A stretch of 64,000 nucleotides of DNA from Candidatus Zhuqueibacterota bacterium. Its GTDB lineage: Bacteria; Zhuqueibacterota; Zhuqueibacteria; Thermofontimicrobiales; Thermofontimicrobiaceae. Made by a program: the position numbers and the translations under genes. This document shows, in pieces, positions 19,601 through 28,587 of this stretch. The notes below the pieces were generated by a model, which was given only the letters and a program-made list of their open reading frames with translations, had not been told where the DNA came from and made no database searches. The stretch covers positions 96,001 to 160,000 of the forward strand of contig JBMOPW010000034.1 in assembly GCA_049322915.1 (NCBI GenBank). Reading direction: 5' to 3'. Numbering within the stretch: the first letter of the stretch is position 1; each line of letters opens with the position of its first letter.

Positions 19601-21955
19601 ATGCTCATGAAAATTCAAGTGTCAATTTTTATGTCGTTTCTCATTCTCTCCAACGTGTGTTATTCACAGATTATTGATATCCGCGAATTGCATCAAAATA
19701 ATTCCCAGGGACAGCCGCTTCTGCTGAATCAGGTGGTCACGATCTCTGGAGAAGTGACGGTTTCCAATCAGTTTGGACTGGTTGCATCTGTTCAGGATAG
19801 CAGCGCCGGCGTTATGGTTTACGATGCGGCGTTTGTCAGTGCTGTCGGGATCGGCGACTCGGTCACAATCTCCGGAAAAGTCACGCAATACCAGGGGCTG
19901 ACGGAGCTACAAAATATCACCATCCAATCGCATCGGATGAATTCACCGACAATTGAACCACAACGCGTCGCCTGCCGCGACATCGCCACCGAAGGAGCCG
20001 GCGGAATCGAGAATTTTGAAGGCGAGCTTCTCCGAATAGACGACGTCACTGTGAACACAACCGCGTGGGGTTCCAACGCGAATTACACCCTGAGTGACGC
20101 CACTGGTTCCTGCGCCATCCGCATCGATGACCAATGCAGCCTTGCCAATACCATGGCGCCGTCCGGTACGTTCGACGTGATTGGCGTACTTTCCCAGTAC
20201 GATACGAGTTCTCCTTACACCAGCGGCTATCAGCTCATGCCCCGTTTTTCATCAGATATTTTATGGCATTCCGGTGTGAAAATCACAAGCGCCGTTTCGG
20301 TCAAAAATATCACGCCCCATTCGCTCACGCTGTGCTGGGAAACCGATTCGCCAGCCAATTCCGCCGTCATCTTTGGACTGTCGGAAAATTATGAGATCGA
20401 TACAGTCACTGTGAGTGAGTCGGTCGTTGTTCACGAGGTTGAAATAACCGGACTGACGCCGGCAACCGTGTATCGCGTCAAAGTTGGCTCCTCCATTGGT
20501 TCGGATTTTAATTTCTCTTCGAATACAAATGTCATCACAGCTTCCGATCCAGCTTCCACCGGGAAAATCAATGTTTATTTCAACCAGTCCGTGGAACATG
20601 CGTATGCGGATTCAATGCAGGCGGCCGGGAACGTCAACCTGCTTTCGAAATTGATCCAGCGGATCAATGCTGCAAAATACTCCATTGATTTCTGTTTTTA
20701 CAACGTCACACAGGAAGAAGCAGCCCAGGTTTTGATCGGTGCACATCAACGGGGAGTTAAAGTGCGCGTCATTACTGAAGATGATAATGCCGATGAAGCC
20801 CCAATTCAATATTTGAAGGCGGCCGGCATTCCGGTCATCGACGACAAATTTGGCAACAATTCCGGGTCTGATTACATGCACAATAAGTTCATGGTCATTG
20901 ATCATCGCGACGCCTCATCCGCTTCGGACGATTGGGTCTGGACTGGTTCGTACAATGTTTCCTATTCAGCCACCTATGATAATGCTGAAAACGTGGTGGA
21001 AATTCAGGATCAGGCGCTGGCCGAATGCTACACCATTGAATTCAACGAAATGTGGGGCAGCAGCTCGGATACGCCGAACGAAGCGAATTCTGTTTTTGGT
21101 GATAATAAGACAGACAATACACCTCATTACTTCTCTATCAACGGAGTGGAAATGACGCAGGTGATGAGTCCGTCCGATGGCGGAAGCAATTATTTTGTCA
21201 ATCACATTCAACAAGCGCAAAGCTCGCTCTATTTCTGCATTTACAGTTTCACCCAGACTCAAATTGCCGATGCCATGCGCGAAAAATGGTATCAGGTACC
21301 CGGTTTCAAAGTGAAAGGGGTGTTCGATGCGCGCGGGTCCCAGTACGATAATTACTCGGGCGCCGGGAGTTATCCCTGGAATCCACCAGCTGATGTCCAT
21401 ATCGGAAACGAGGCAGGCATTGTGCACCACAAATATCTATTGATCGATGCCAATGGCGGACCGGGTCAGCCGGCGCTCATTACCGGATCCTACAATTGGA
21501 GCCTTGCCGCAGAAAATGAAAATGATGAAAATTTCCTCATTTTCACAGATGAGACAATCGCCAACCTTTACTTGCAGGAGTTCGCGGCCCGATACCACCG
21601 CGCTGGCGGGGCCGAGCTTCTCACATTTAGTTCGGTGAAGGATCAAGCAGAAACCACACTTCCCGAAACAATTTCTTTGGCTCAAAATTATCCCAATCCA
21701 TTCAATAGCCTCACCCGCATTCATTTCACCATTCCGTCATCGTTCAATGCCCGGGAAACAGCGCTCAAAATTTTTAATATCAATGGCCAGTTGGTAGCGA
21801 CTTTGCTTCATCAGAAAATGTCCGCCGGCCCTCATCAGGTCGATTGGGATGGACTGGACGGATGGGGCAAAAAGGTCGCTTCCGGCGTATATTTGTATCA
21901 ATTATCATTCGGCGATAACTATGTTTCGAGCAAAAAATTAATTGTGTTAGAATAA
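19601..21955 (+). CDS. secreted phospholipase D-superfamily (nuclease-like) protein with OB-fold-like/Fn3 regions and FlgD-Ig/T9SS-like C-terminal domain
   Basis: signal peptide, two HKD motifs (HNKFMVID, HHKYLLID) each with a TGSYN, C-terminal LAQNYPNPFN...SGVYLY. Confidence 0.85.
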   Translation: MLMKIQVSIFMSFLILSNVCYSQIIDIRELHQNNSQGQPLLLNQVVTISGEVTVSNQFGLVASVQDSSAGVMVYDAAFVSAVGIGDSVTISGKVTQYQGLTELQNITIQSHRMNSPTIEPQRVACRDIATEGAGGIENFEGELLRIDDVTVNTTAWGSNANYTLSDATGSCAIRIDDQCSLANTMAPSGTFDVIGVLSQYDTSSPYTSGYQLMPRFSSDILWHSGVKITSAVSVKNITPHSLTLCWETDSPANSAVIFGLSENYEIDTVTVSESVVVHEVEITGLTPATVYRVKVGSSIGSDFNFSSNTNVITASDPASTGKINVYFNQSVEHAYADSMQAAGNVNLLSKLIQRINAAKYSIDFCFYNVTQEEAAQVLIGAHQRGVKVRVITEDDNADEAPIQYLKAAGIPVIDDKFGNNSGSDYMHNKFMVIDHRDASSASDDWVWTGSYNVSYSATYDNAENVVEIQDQALAECYTIEFNEMWGSSSDTPNEANSVFGDNKTDNTPHYFSINGVEMTQVMSPSDGGSNYFVNHIQQAQSSLYFCIYSFTQTQIADAMREKWYQVPGFKVKGVFDARGSQYDNYSGAGSYPWNPPADVHIGNEAGIVHHKYLLIDANGGPGQPALITGSYNWSLAAENENDENFLIFTDETIANLYLQEFAARYHRAGGAELLTFSSVKDQAETTLPETISLAQNYPNPFNSLTRIHFTIPSSFNARETALKIFNINGQLVATLLHQKMSAGPHQVDWDGLDGWGKKVASGVYLYQLSFGDNYVSSKKLIVLE

Positions 21956-21996
21956 TTAACTATTTACCAGGTGCAGCAAGCAAGGAGAACAACGAT

Positions 21997-23043
21997 ATGC
22001 CTACAGGCACGATGAAAGCTGTGATGAAAACGATACCAGGCATTGGCGCAGAGTTAAAAAAAATGGCTATTCCCAGACCGGGAGTTGGCGAAGTGCTGGT
22101 TCGTGTGAAAGTAACGTCAATTTGCGGTTCCGATGTCCATATTTACAACTGGAATTCCTGGGCGCAGCAACATGTCAAGCCGCCTCAGATCATTGGGCAC
22201 GAATTGGCCGGCGAAGTTGTTGAATTGGGCCAGGGCGTATCATCACTAAAAATCGGTGATTTCATCTCCGCTGAGACTCACATCCCCTGTGGCTTTTGTA
22301 AGCAGTGCCGCACCGGCAACCAACACATTTGCAAACATTTGAAAATCCTGGGCGTGGATACCAATGGCGCTTTTGCGGAGTACATCGTCATTCCCGAAGT
22401 GGTCGCATGGAAAAACGATCCGGCCATTCCGCATCACTTCGCCTCGGTGCAGGAACCGCTCGGCAACGCCATTGACACAGTCCTCAGCGAGGACGTGGCT
22501 GGAAAATCGGTAGCCATCATCGGCGCAGGACCCATTGGCATGCTGGCCGTCGGAGTGGCCCGGGTCTCCGGGGCAACAGATATTTTCGTCACGGACATCA
22601 ACGACTATCGCCTGTCCATTGCAAAAAAAATGGGCGCGACAGCCACGTTCAATCCAAACAGCACGGACATTGTCAAAGAAATCCGCGACGCCACCAGCGG
22701 CGATGGCGTGGACGTTGTCCTGGAAATGTCGGGCAATGCAACGGCGCTGAATCAGGGGTGTCAGTTGCTGACGCCAGGCGGCCGCATTTCTCTATTAGGC
22801 GTTTTCAACGCGCCGGTGACACTTGAGTTGAACAATTTAATCATCTTCAAGGGCATTCGCGTGTATGGAATCACCGGTCGCAACATGTTTTCCACCTGGT
22901 TCAAAGGGGCCAATTTCCTCAAATCACGGACGCTGGACCTGAGCCCGGTGATCACCCATCAATTGACGCTCGATGATTTTCAACAAGGATTTGATCTGAT
23001 GAAATCGGGCATGTGCGGTAAAATTGTCATGTCGGTCGCATGA
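21997..23043 (+). CDS. tdh: L-threonine 3-dehydrogenase
   Basis: ICGSDVHIYNW, GHE, ETHIPCGFCKQC.....HIC, EPLGNA, IYGITGR-like motif, Zn-ADH fold. Confidence 0.95.
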   Translation: MPTGTMKAVMKTIPGIGAELKKMAIPRPGVGEVLVRVKVTSICGSDVHIYNWNSWAQQHVKPPQIIGHELAGEVVELGQGVSSLKIGDFISAETHIPCGFCKQCRTGNQHICKHLKILGVDTNGAFAEYIVIPEVVAWKNDPAIPHHFASVQEPLGNAIDTVLSEDVAGKSVAIIGAGPIGMLAVGVARVSGATDIFVTDINDYRLSIAKKMGATATFNPNSTDIVKEIRDATSGDGVDVVLEMSGNATALNQGCQLLTPGGRISLLGVFNAPVTLELNNLIIFKGIRVYGITGRNMFSTWFKGANFLKSRTLDLSPVITHQLTLDDFQQGFDLMKSGMCGKIVMSVA

Positions 23044-23130
23044 ACGTGAATTTTCCTATGCCGGCATGGACAAGTTCAATTCATCAGGACGAAGGTTCCT
23101 GTCGATCCGGATCTTCGAAAGGATGCACAC

Positions 23131-23508
23131 TTGATTTTTGGCATTGGCATTGACATCATCGAAGTCGCTCGCGTGGAGAAACAAATAGCCGGCGATGATT
23201 CCGGTTTTTTGAAGCGAATTTTCTCTGAAAAAGAGATTGGCTACTGCGAACTCAAGAGAAATAGAGCGCAGCACTATGCCGCGCGATTTGCTGCAAAGGA
23301 GGCGTTTTTCAAGGCGATTGGAATCGGCTGGAGAAATGGCCTGGCCTGGAGCGAAATTGAAATTCTTGATGATGATCTCGGAAAGCCGAATATTTTTTTG
23401 CACGGGAAAGCAAAACAATTTATTGATGAAAATCATATTAAACAGTTACATGTATCGCTTTCGCATTTAAAAGAAACTGCTGTGGCGGTTGTCATTCTGG
23501 AAATTTAG
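23131..23508 (+). CDS. acpS: holo-[acyl-carrier-protein] synthase
   Basis: GIGIDIIE, AARFAAKEA..KA.G.G, GKP, HVSLSH. Confidence 0.95.
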   Translation: MIFGIGIDIIEVARVEKQIAGDDSGFLKRIFSEKEIGYCELKRNRAQHYAARFAAKEAFFKAIGIGWRNGLAWSEIEILDDDLGKPNIFLHGKAKQFIDENHIKQLHVSLSHLKETAVAVVILEI

Positions 23509-23518
23509 AGGAGGATGT

Positions 23519-25225
23519 ATGTCCAATATCATCTCGTACGAGAAACGAATTCAGGATTTTAGCTGGTCGATTTCAGAGAAGGAACTGGGACATGAAAAAG
23601 GAAATGTCATCAATATTGGCTGGTACTGTTCCGACCGAATTTGTCAGATGGGAAAGGCCGAAAAGACTGCGTTGATCTGGGAAGGATTCGGCGGCAAAGA
23701 AAGGCAGTACACGTTCAATGAGATTCGCCTGGCCAGTAACGCTATTGGCTCCTTTCTAAGGCAAATTGGCATCAAAGACGGGGACAGAGTCTGCCTGTTT
23801 TTGGATAAAGTGCCGGAGTTGTATATCGGATTTCTGGGCATTTTGAAAATCGGGGCTATTGCACAGCCACTTTTCTCCGCCTTTGGTGACGAGTCCCTGT
23901 TTGTCCGACTGGAAAATGCGGAGACGAACGCCATTATCACGCAGCGGAAGCATGTTGCAAAAGTCCGGAAAATTCGTGAGTCGCTTCCGTCGTTGAAGCA
24001 TATCATCATTGTGGATCATGACGATAAAAAGCCGCTGCAGGAACGCGAGATTGCATTTTCACTGGATGACGCTGATCCGGTCGAACATCTGGAAATTCAT
24101 CCAACCAGGGCAGAATCGCCGTCAGTCATTCATTACACGTCCGGAACGACCGGGCAGCCGAAAGGCGTTCAGCACGTCCATTATTCCCTCATCTCCCAAT
24201 ACCTCACCACCAAATGGGTACTGGATTTGCTGGACGATGATATTTATTGGTGCACCGCAGATCCGGGCTGGGTCACTGGTACGTCCTATGGAATCATCGG
24301 GCCCTGGAGTATGGGGATCACGCAGTGCGTGCTGGACGTTGGCTTTGGCGCCGAACATTGGTACCGATTCATTGAGAAGAATAAAGTCACTGTCTGGTAC
24401 TCCGCTCCCACAGCAATCCGCTCGCTGATGAAAGCCGGCGATGAAATAGTCAATAAATTCGATATGTCCACCCTGCGCCATCTGGCAAGCGTTGGCGAGC
24501 CGCTCAATGCGGAGGCTGTGGTCTGGTCGGAAAAAGTATTTGGCCTGCCCTTTCACGATACTTTCTGGCAGACGGAGACCGGCTCAATAATGATCAGCAA
24601 TTATCCGGGCATGAAGATCAAGCCGGGATCCATGGGTAAGCCTTTCCCTGGAATCAACGGCACTGTCATCAGCGCCGAGACCTATCAGCCATTTGATGGC
24701 CCGGGGAAAATTGGACTCATTGCCTTCCAACCGGGCTGGCCGGCCATGATGCGGACTTATTGGAAGAATGAAAAGACGTACAAGAGCAAGTTTGTGAACG
24801 GCTGGTATCTTTCCGGCGATCGCGCGAGCATTGACAAAGACGGTTACTTCTGGTTCGTCGGCCGGGACGATGATGTCATCAATACCGGCGGCCATCTCGT
24901 CAGTCCGTTCGAAGTCGAATCTGCGCTGCTCGAATTTCCGGCAGTGGCAGAATCAGCCGTGGTGAGCAAACCGGATCCCATCAACATGGAGGTCGTCAAA
25001 GCCTTCGTGGCGTTGAAACCGGGCTACTCTCCCAATTCTGATATCGAGCTGGAGATAATGAACTTCATCCGCAAAAAACTTTCTCCGTTGGCCATGCCCC
25101 AGGAGATCGAATTTGTCGAATCCCTGCCCAAAACGCGCAGCGGAAAAATTATGCGGCGATTGCTTCATGCGAAAGAATGGGGCGAGGAAATTGGCGACAC
25201 ATCCACGCTGGAAAATGATGCATAA
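23519..25225 (+). CDS. acsA: AMP-forming acetate--CoA (or acetate--ACP) ligase
   Basis: HYTSGTTGQPKG, WCTADPGWVTG, SVGEPLN, DTFWQTETG, KTRSGKIMRR; SD GAGG before ATG 23519. Confidence 0.9.
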   Translation: MSNIISYEKRIQDFSWSISEKELGHEKGNVINIGWYCSDRICQMGKAEKTALIWEGFGGKERQYTFNEIRLASNAIGSFLRQIGIKDGDRVCLFLDKVPELYIGFLGILKIGAIAQPLFSAFGDESLFVRLENAETNAIITQRKHVAKVRKIRESLPSLKHIIIVDHDDKKPLQEREIAFSLDDADPVEHLEIHPTRAESPSVIHYTSGTTGQPKGVQHVHYSLISQYLTTKWVLDLLDDDIYWCTADPGWVTGTSYGIIGPWSMGITQCVLDVGFGAEHWYRFIEKNKVTVWYSAPTAIRSLMKAGDEIVNKFDMSTLRHLASVGEPLNAEAVVWSEKVFGLPFHDTFWQTETGSIMISNYPGMKIKPGSMGKPFPGINGTVISAETYQPFDGPGKIGLIAFQPGWPAMMRTYWKNEKTYKSKFVNGWYLSGDRASIDKDGYFWFVGRDDDVINTGGHLVSPFEVESALLEFPAVAESAVVSKPDPINMEVVKAFVALKPGYSPNSDIELEIMNFIRKKLSPLAMPQEIEFVESLPKTRSGKIMRRLLHAKEWGEEIGDTSTLENDA

Positions 25226-25322
25226 TTTGGGGCAATTGTCAGCCTGATTTAACTGTTTGAATATCTTTTCGCTTAAATCGAGTGAATAGTTGTCAGCTTT
25301 CAACCATCAGCTAAAAAAAAAT

Positions 25323-25673
25323 CGTAACTGTTCAGTCACAAAGTCTCAAAGGCGCGAGGAAAAAAATACATCTACCCTGAATTATTCATGAACTTGCTCA
25401 GAATTTGAGTCAACATTCATATTTTCAATTAGCTAAAGGCTAAGCTATTTTGAAACTCAGTTTTTATATGTTTATTCTAAAAAGAGCACCATTCAGGTTA
25501 GCCAGCCTCCTCTAAAAATATTATGAATAATGCAGGCTAACTTATCGATTCAGTAAAGCTGAACGTGGATTAAAAATATGAATTGCCCAAGATAAGAACG
25601 AATAAAATGACATGTTCGAGTAACTTTGTAGCGTGGTGACTTCGCGGCGAGACTACATGCCTGGATAGCGACG
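25323..25673. mobile_element. composite MITE-like element, copy 2 (inverted relative to copy 1)
   Basis: ends CGTAACTGTTCAG and CTGGATAGCGACG; reverse complement aligns with 18484-18560 and about 18755-19038. Confidence 0.7.
25376..25536. mobile_element. 161-bp inner MITE, copy 2
   Basis: CCTGAATTATTCAT...ATGAATAATGCAGG flanked by CTAC/CTAA; reverse complement of 18825-18985 with few substitutions. Confidence 0.8.
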
Positions 25674-25770
25674 AAAATTCTCTTTAACCCGGAACCGGGA
25701 GCCTTTAAACATGGAACCTTAGTGGTTACAAAATTTCATAAAAATTTAATTAATCAAAAGGAGATTGAAG

Positions 25771-26016
25771 ATGGATGACATGCAAAAAATCATTTTGGAA
25801 TACGTGCGGAACGAGTACCTTGAAGATGAAGACGAAGAACTTGACGTCGATACCCCGCTCATTTCCGGCGGCATTGTGGATTCGTTTTCTATGGTTTCAT
25901 TGAAACGATTTTTGGAGAATAAATATAAAATTTCCATTCCCGATGACAAGGCCACACCCGAAGCGTTCGACACGGTCGATAACATCTGCCAACTGGTGCG
26001 GCATTATCTGAAATAG
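25771..26016 (+). CDS. acyl/aminoacyl carrier protein
   Basis: small acidic protein with phosphopantetheine site GIVDSFSMV; DltC-like rather than AcpP-like (LGADSLD absent); SD GGAG. Confidence 0.9.
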   Translation: MDDMQKIILEYVRNEYLEDEDEELDVDTPLISGGIVDSFSMVSLKRFLENKYKISIPDDKATPEAFDTVDNICQLVRHYLK

Positions 26017-26216
26017 CGCCGGCATAAATCAGGATGGCTATTCCGCCAGCGACTGACCAAATGCAAGCTGGATAACCTTTTTCTCAGCGTCACAGATCGA
26101 TCCGACTGCGGCCCACGAATGCGTTGACGATCTGGTCATGGCCAATTGAAGTGTCACTGGAACGAGGCTCATGATTCACATTCACTTAACATTCCTACAG
26201 AAAACAGGAGAGCAAC

Positions 26217-27464
26217 ATGGCATATAGCGATAAAGTCAGACATATTTATCAGGACGAAATTAAGAATATACAAGATTTAGGCTTATTCAAAGTTGAACGA
26301 TTTATTCATGATCCACAAGCTGCCGATATTTCTGTGGAGTTCCCGACTGGCGCGTCGTTGAAAAAAGTGATTAACATGTGCGCCAATAATTATCTTGGCC
26401 TCTCCAGCCACCCGGACGTCGTGAAAGCGGCTCACGAAGGATTGGATCACCGCGGCTATGGAATGTCTTCTGTCCGTTTCATCTGCGGAACACAGGATAT
26501 TCACGATCAATTGGAAAAAATGATGACCCAATTTCTGGGAACCGAAGACACCATTCTCTTCCCTTCGTGCATGGACGCCAACGCCGGCGTATTTGAAGCC
26601 GTACTCGGAGAGAACGATGTGATGATTTCCGATCGATTGGTTCATGCGTCCATCATCGATGGCATTCGATTGTGCAAGGCACAGACCGATACGTTCAAAC
26701 ACTCCAACATGGAACATCTGGAAGAGAAATTACAATTGCATTCGGACAAACGTTTGAAAGTCATTATTACGGATGGCGTTTTTTCCATGGACGGCGATAC
26801 CGCCCGGCTGGATGAGATAGTCGCGTTGGCCGAAAAATACGATGCGTTGGTCTTTGTGGATGACTCCCACTCTTCCGGCTTCATCGGCAAAACCGGTCGC
26901 GGCACCCATGAAAAATACGGCGTCATGGGAAAAATCGATATCATCACTACGACTTTTGGTAAGGCATTAGGCGGCGCTTCCGGCGGCTGTGTTTCCGGAC
27001 GCAAGGAAATTGTTCAGCTATGCCGTCAGAAGGCTCGCCCCTATCTGTTCTCCAACACGATGGCGCCGGTGATTGTTTCCGGAGTCCTTCGCGTGCTGGA
27101 AATCCTGTCTAAAAGCACCGAGCGTCGGGACAAATTGGAGCGTAACACAGAATACTGGCGCAAAGGATTGTCAGACGCCGGATTCATTTTGAAAGAAGGC
27201 GATACGCCCATCGTTCCGGTCATGTTGTTCAACGCGAAGCTGTCCCAGGATATTTCCAAAGACCTGTACGCCGAGGGCATTTACGCTGTTGGATTTTTCT
27301 TCCCGGTGGTTCCGAAAGGCCAGGCTCGAATCAGAACTCAAATTTCCGCCGGCCATGAAATCCATCACCTCGATAAAGCACTGGACGCATTCACCAAAGT
27401 TGGGAAAAAATATAATATCCTGGGCAAGACAAAGCAGGAAATCATTGATATGTATGGGATATAA
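26217..27464 (+). CDS. kbl: glycine C-acetyltransferase (2-amino-3-ketobutyrate CoA ligase)
   Basis: CANNYLGL, SSVRFICGTQDIH, HASIIDG, DGVFSMDG, DDSH, TFGKALGG, RPYLFSN, ARIRTQ. Confidence 0.93.
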   Translation: MAYSDKVRHIYQDEIKNIQDLGLFKVERFIHDPQAADISVEFPTGASLKKVINMCANNYLGLSSHPDVVKAAHEGLDHRGYGMSSVRFICGTQDIHDQLEKMMTQFLGTEDTILFPSCMDANAGVFEAVLGENDVMISDRLVHASIIDGIRLCKAQTDTFKHSNMEHLEEKLQLHSDKRLKVIITDGVFSMDGDTARLDEIVALAEKYDALVFVDDSHSSGFIGKTGRGTHEKYGVMGKIDIITTTFGKALGGASGGCVSGRKEIVQLCRQKARPYLFSNTMAPVIVSGVLRVLEILSKSTERRDKLERNTEYWRKGLSDAGFILKEGDTPIVPVMLFNAKLSQDISKDLYAEGIYAVGFFFPVVPKGQARIRTQISAGHEIHHLDKALDAFTKVGKKYNILGKTKQEIIDMYGI

Positions 27465-27478
27465 CCTATTGAAATCTG

Positions 27479-27535
27479 AATCCATCGGATCCCGGCATGC
27501 TGCAAAGTCAACGCATCGCCTGGATCCGATGGATT
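27479..27535. repeat. long intergenic hairpin
   Basis: perfect 14-bp inverted repeat AATCCATCGGATCC / GGATCCGATGGATT with further internal pairing; no U tract. Confidence 0.7.
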
Positions 27536-27619
27536 GGCTCGCGCAGTTCATCATTATCACAACAGTAGTGACATGCTGCAATGGTGTCGAAAGAATTGTA
27601 AACATGAAAGGAGGTCACA

Positions 27620-28567
27620 ATGCTCGGTGAAATGAAAGTCTTCTCAGGAAGTTCGAATCCTGAATTGGCCGTCAATATTTGCAAATATCTCAACATTCCC
27701 CTGAGCCAGTCCAGCACATTCAGATTTTCCGAAGGGAATGTCTATGTGAAAATTCAGGAAAGCGTCCGTCAGGCGCACGTATTTTTTATTCAGTCCGGAG
27801 CCCATCCGATTAATGACCTGATCATGGAAACTCTTTTTTTTATTGATGCGTTTAAACGTTCAAGCGCTGCATCGGTGACGGTGATTCTGCCCTATTTTCC
27901 ATATACCAAAGGGGATAAAAAAGACGAGCCGCGAGTTTCCATTCGGGCCAAAGTCGTTTCGGAAATCATCGAAGCCACTGGCGCGAATCGCGTGTTGACC
28001 ATGGATTTGCAGCCTCCTCAAATTCAGGGATTTTTTAACATTCCAGTCGATAATCTCTACGCGCTGCCGGTTTTTTGTGAGTACCTCAATACAATTCGAC
28101 TCAAGGATACCATCATTGTTGCGCCCGATTTTGGCGCGGCGCGAATGGCCAACCGATTTGCGCTTCAACTCAACTGCCCTGTCGCTGTCGCCAGCAAGCG
28201 ACGGCTCGGCCACACGGAAGAGGTGGAGCTCACGCAGATCTTTGGCGATGTGGAAAATAAAGACGTCATCATCGTGGACGACATGGTGATCAGCGGCGGC
28301 ACTTTGCTTGAAATTAGCAAATCTCTAAAAAATCAGGGCGCGGCAAACATCTATGCTTGTATCAGCCATGCGCTTCTCAGCGATAAATTTTTAACCAGTC
28401 TGGAGACCAGTGAAATTGACCAATTAATTGTGACTGATTCTATTCCATTTTCTCAAAAAGGAAATAAAAAAGTCATACAGATTTCCGTGGCCAGGTTATT
28501 CAGCGAAGCAATTTCAAGTATTTATTATGGGGATTCCATCAGCACGTTATTCAAGGATGTTGAGTAA
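27620..28567 (+). CDS. prs: ribose-phosphate pyrophosphokinase (divergent)
   Basis: F.EG, ESVR, PYFPY, QIQGFF..PVDNL, APD.G, KRR, DDM..SGGTL. Confidence 0.88.
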   Translation: MLGEMKVFSGSSNPELAVNICKYLNIPLSQSSTFRFSEGNVYVKIQESVRQAHVFFIQSGAHPINDLIMETLFFIDAFKRSSAASVTVILPYFPYTKGDKKDEPRVSIRAKVVSEIIEATGANRVLTMDLQPPQIQGFFNIPVDNLYALPVFCEYLNTIRLKDTIIVAPDFGAARMANRFALQLNCPVAVASKRRLGHTEEVELTQIFGDVENKDVIIVDDMVISGGTLLEISKSLKNQGAANIYACISHALLSDKFLTSLETSEIDQLIVTDSIPFSQKGNKKVIQISVARLFSEAISSIYYGDSISTLFKDVE

Positions 28568-28587
28568 TTTTCTTCGGGTATTTTCTC

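Noticed and set aside
26017..26216. Glycine riboswitch upstream of kbl
   Set aside because: The conserved GGAGA / CCGAAG / CTCTCAGG elements are missing; only weak pairing is seen
23131..27464. Sphingolipid (Spt + ACP + acyl-ACP synthetase) cluster
   Set aside because: The PLP enzyme has the Kbl-type SVRFICGTQ motif, the ligase is acetate-type (WCTADPGW) and tdh is adjacent
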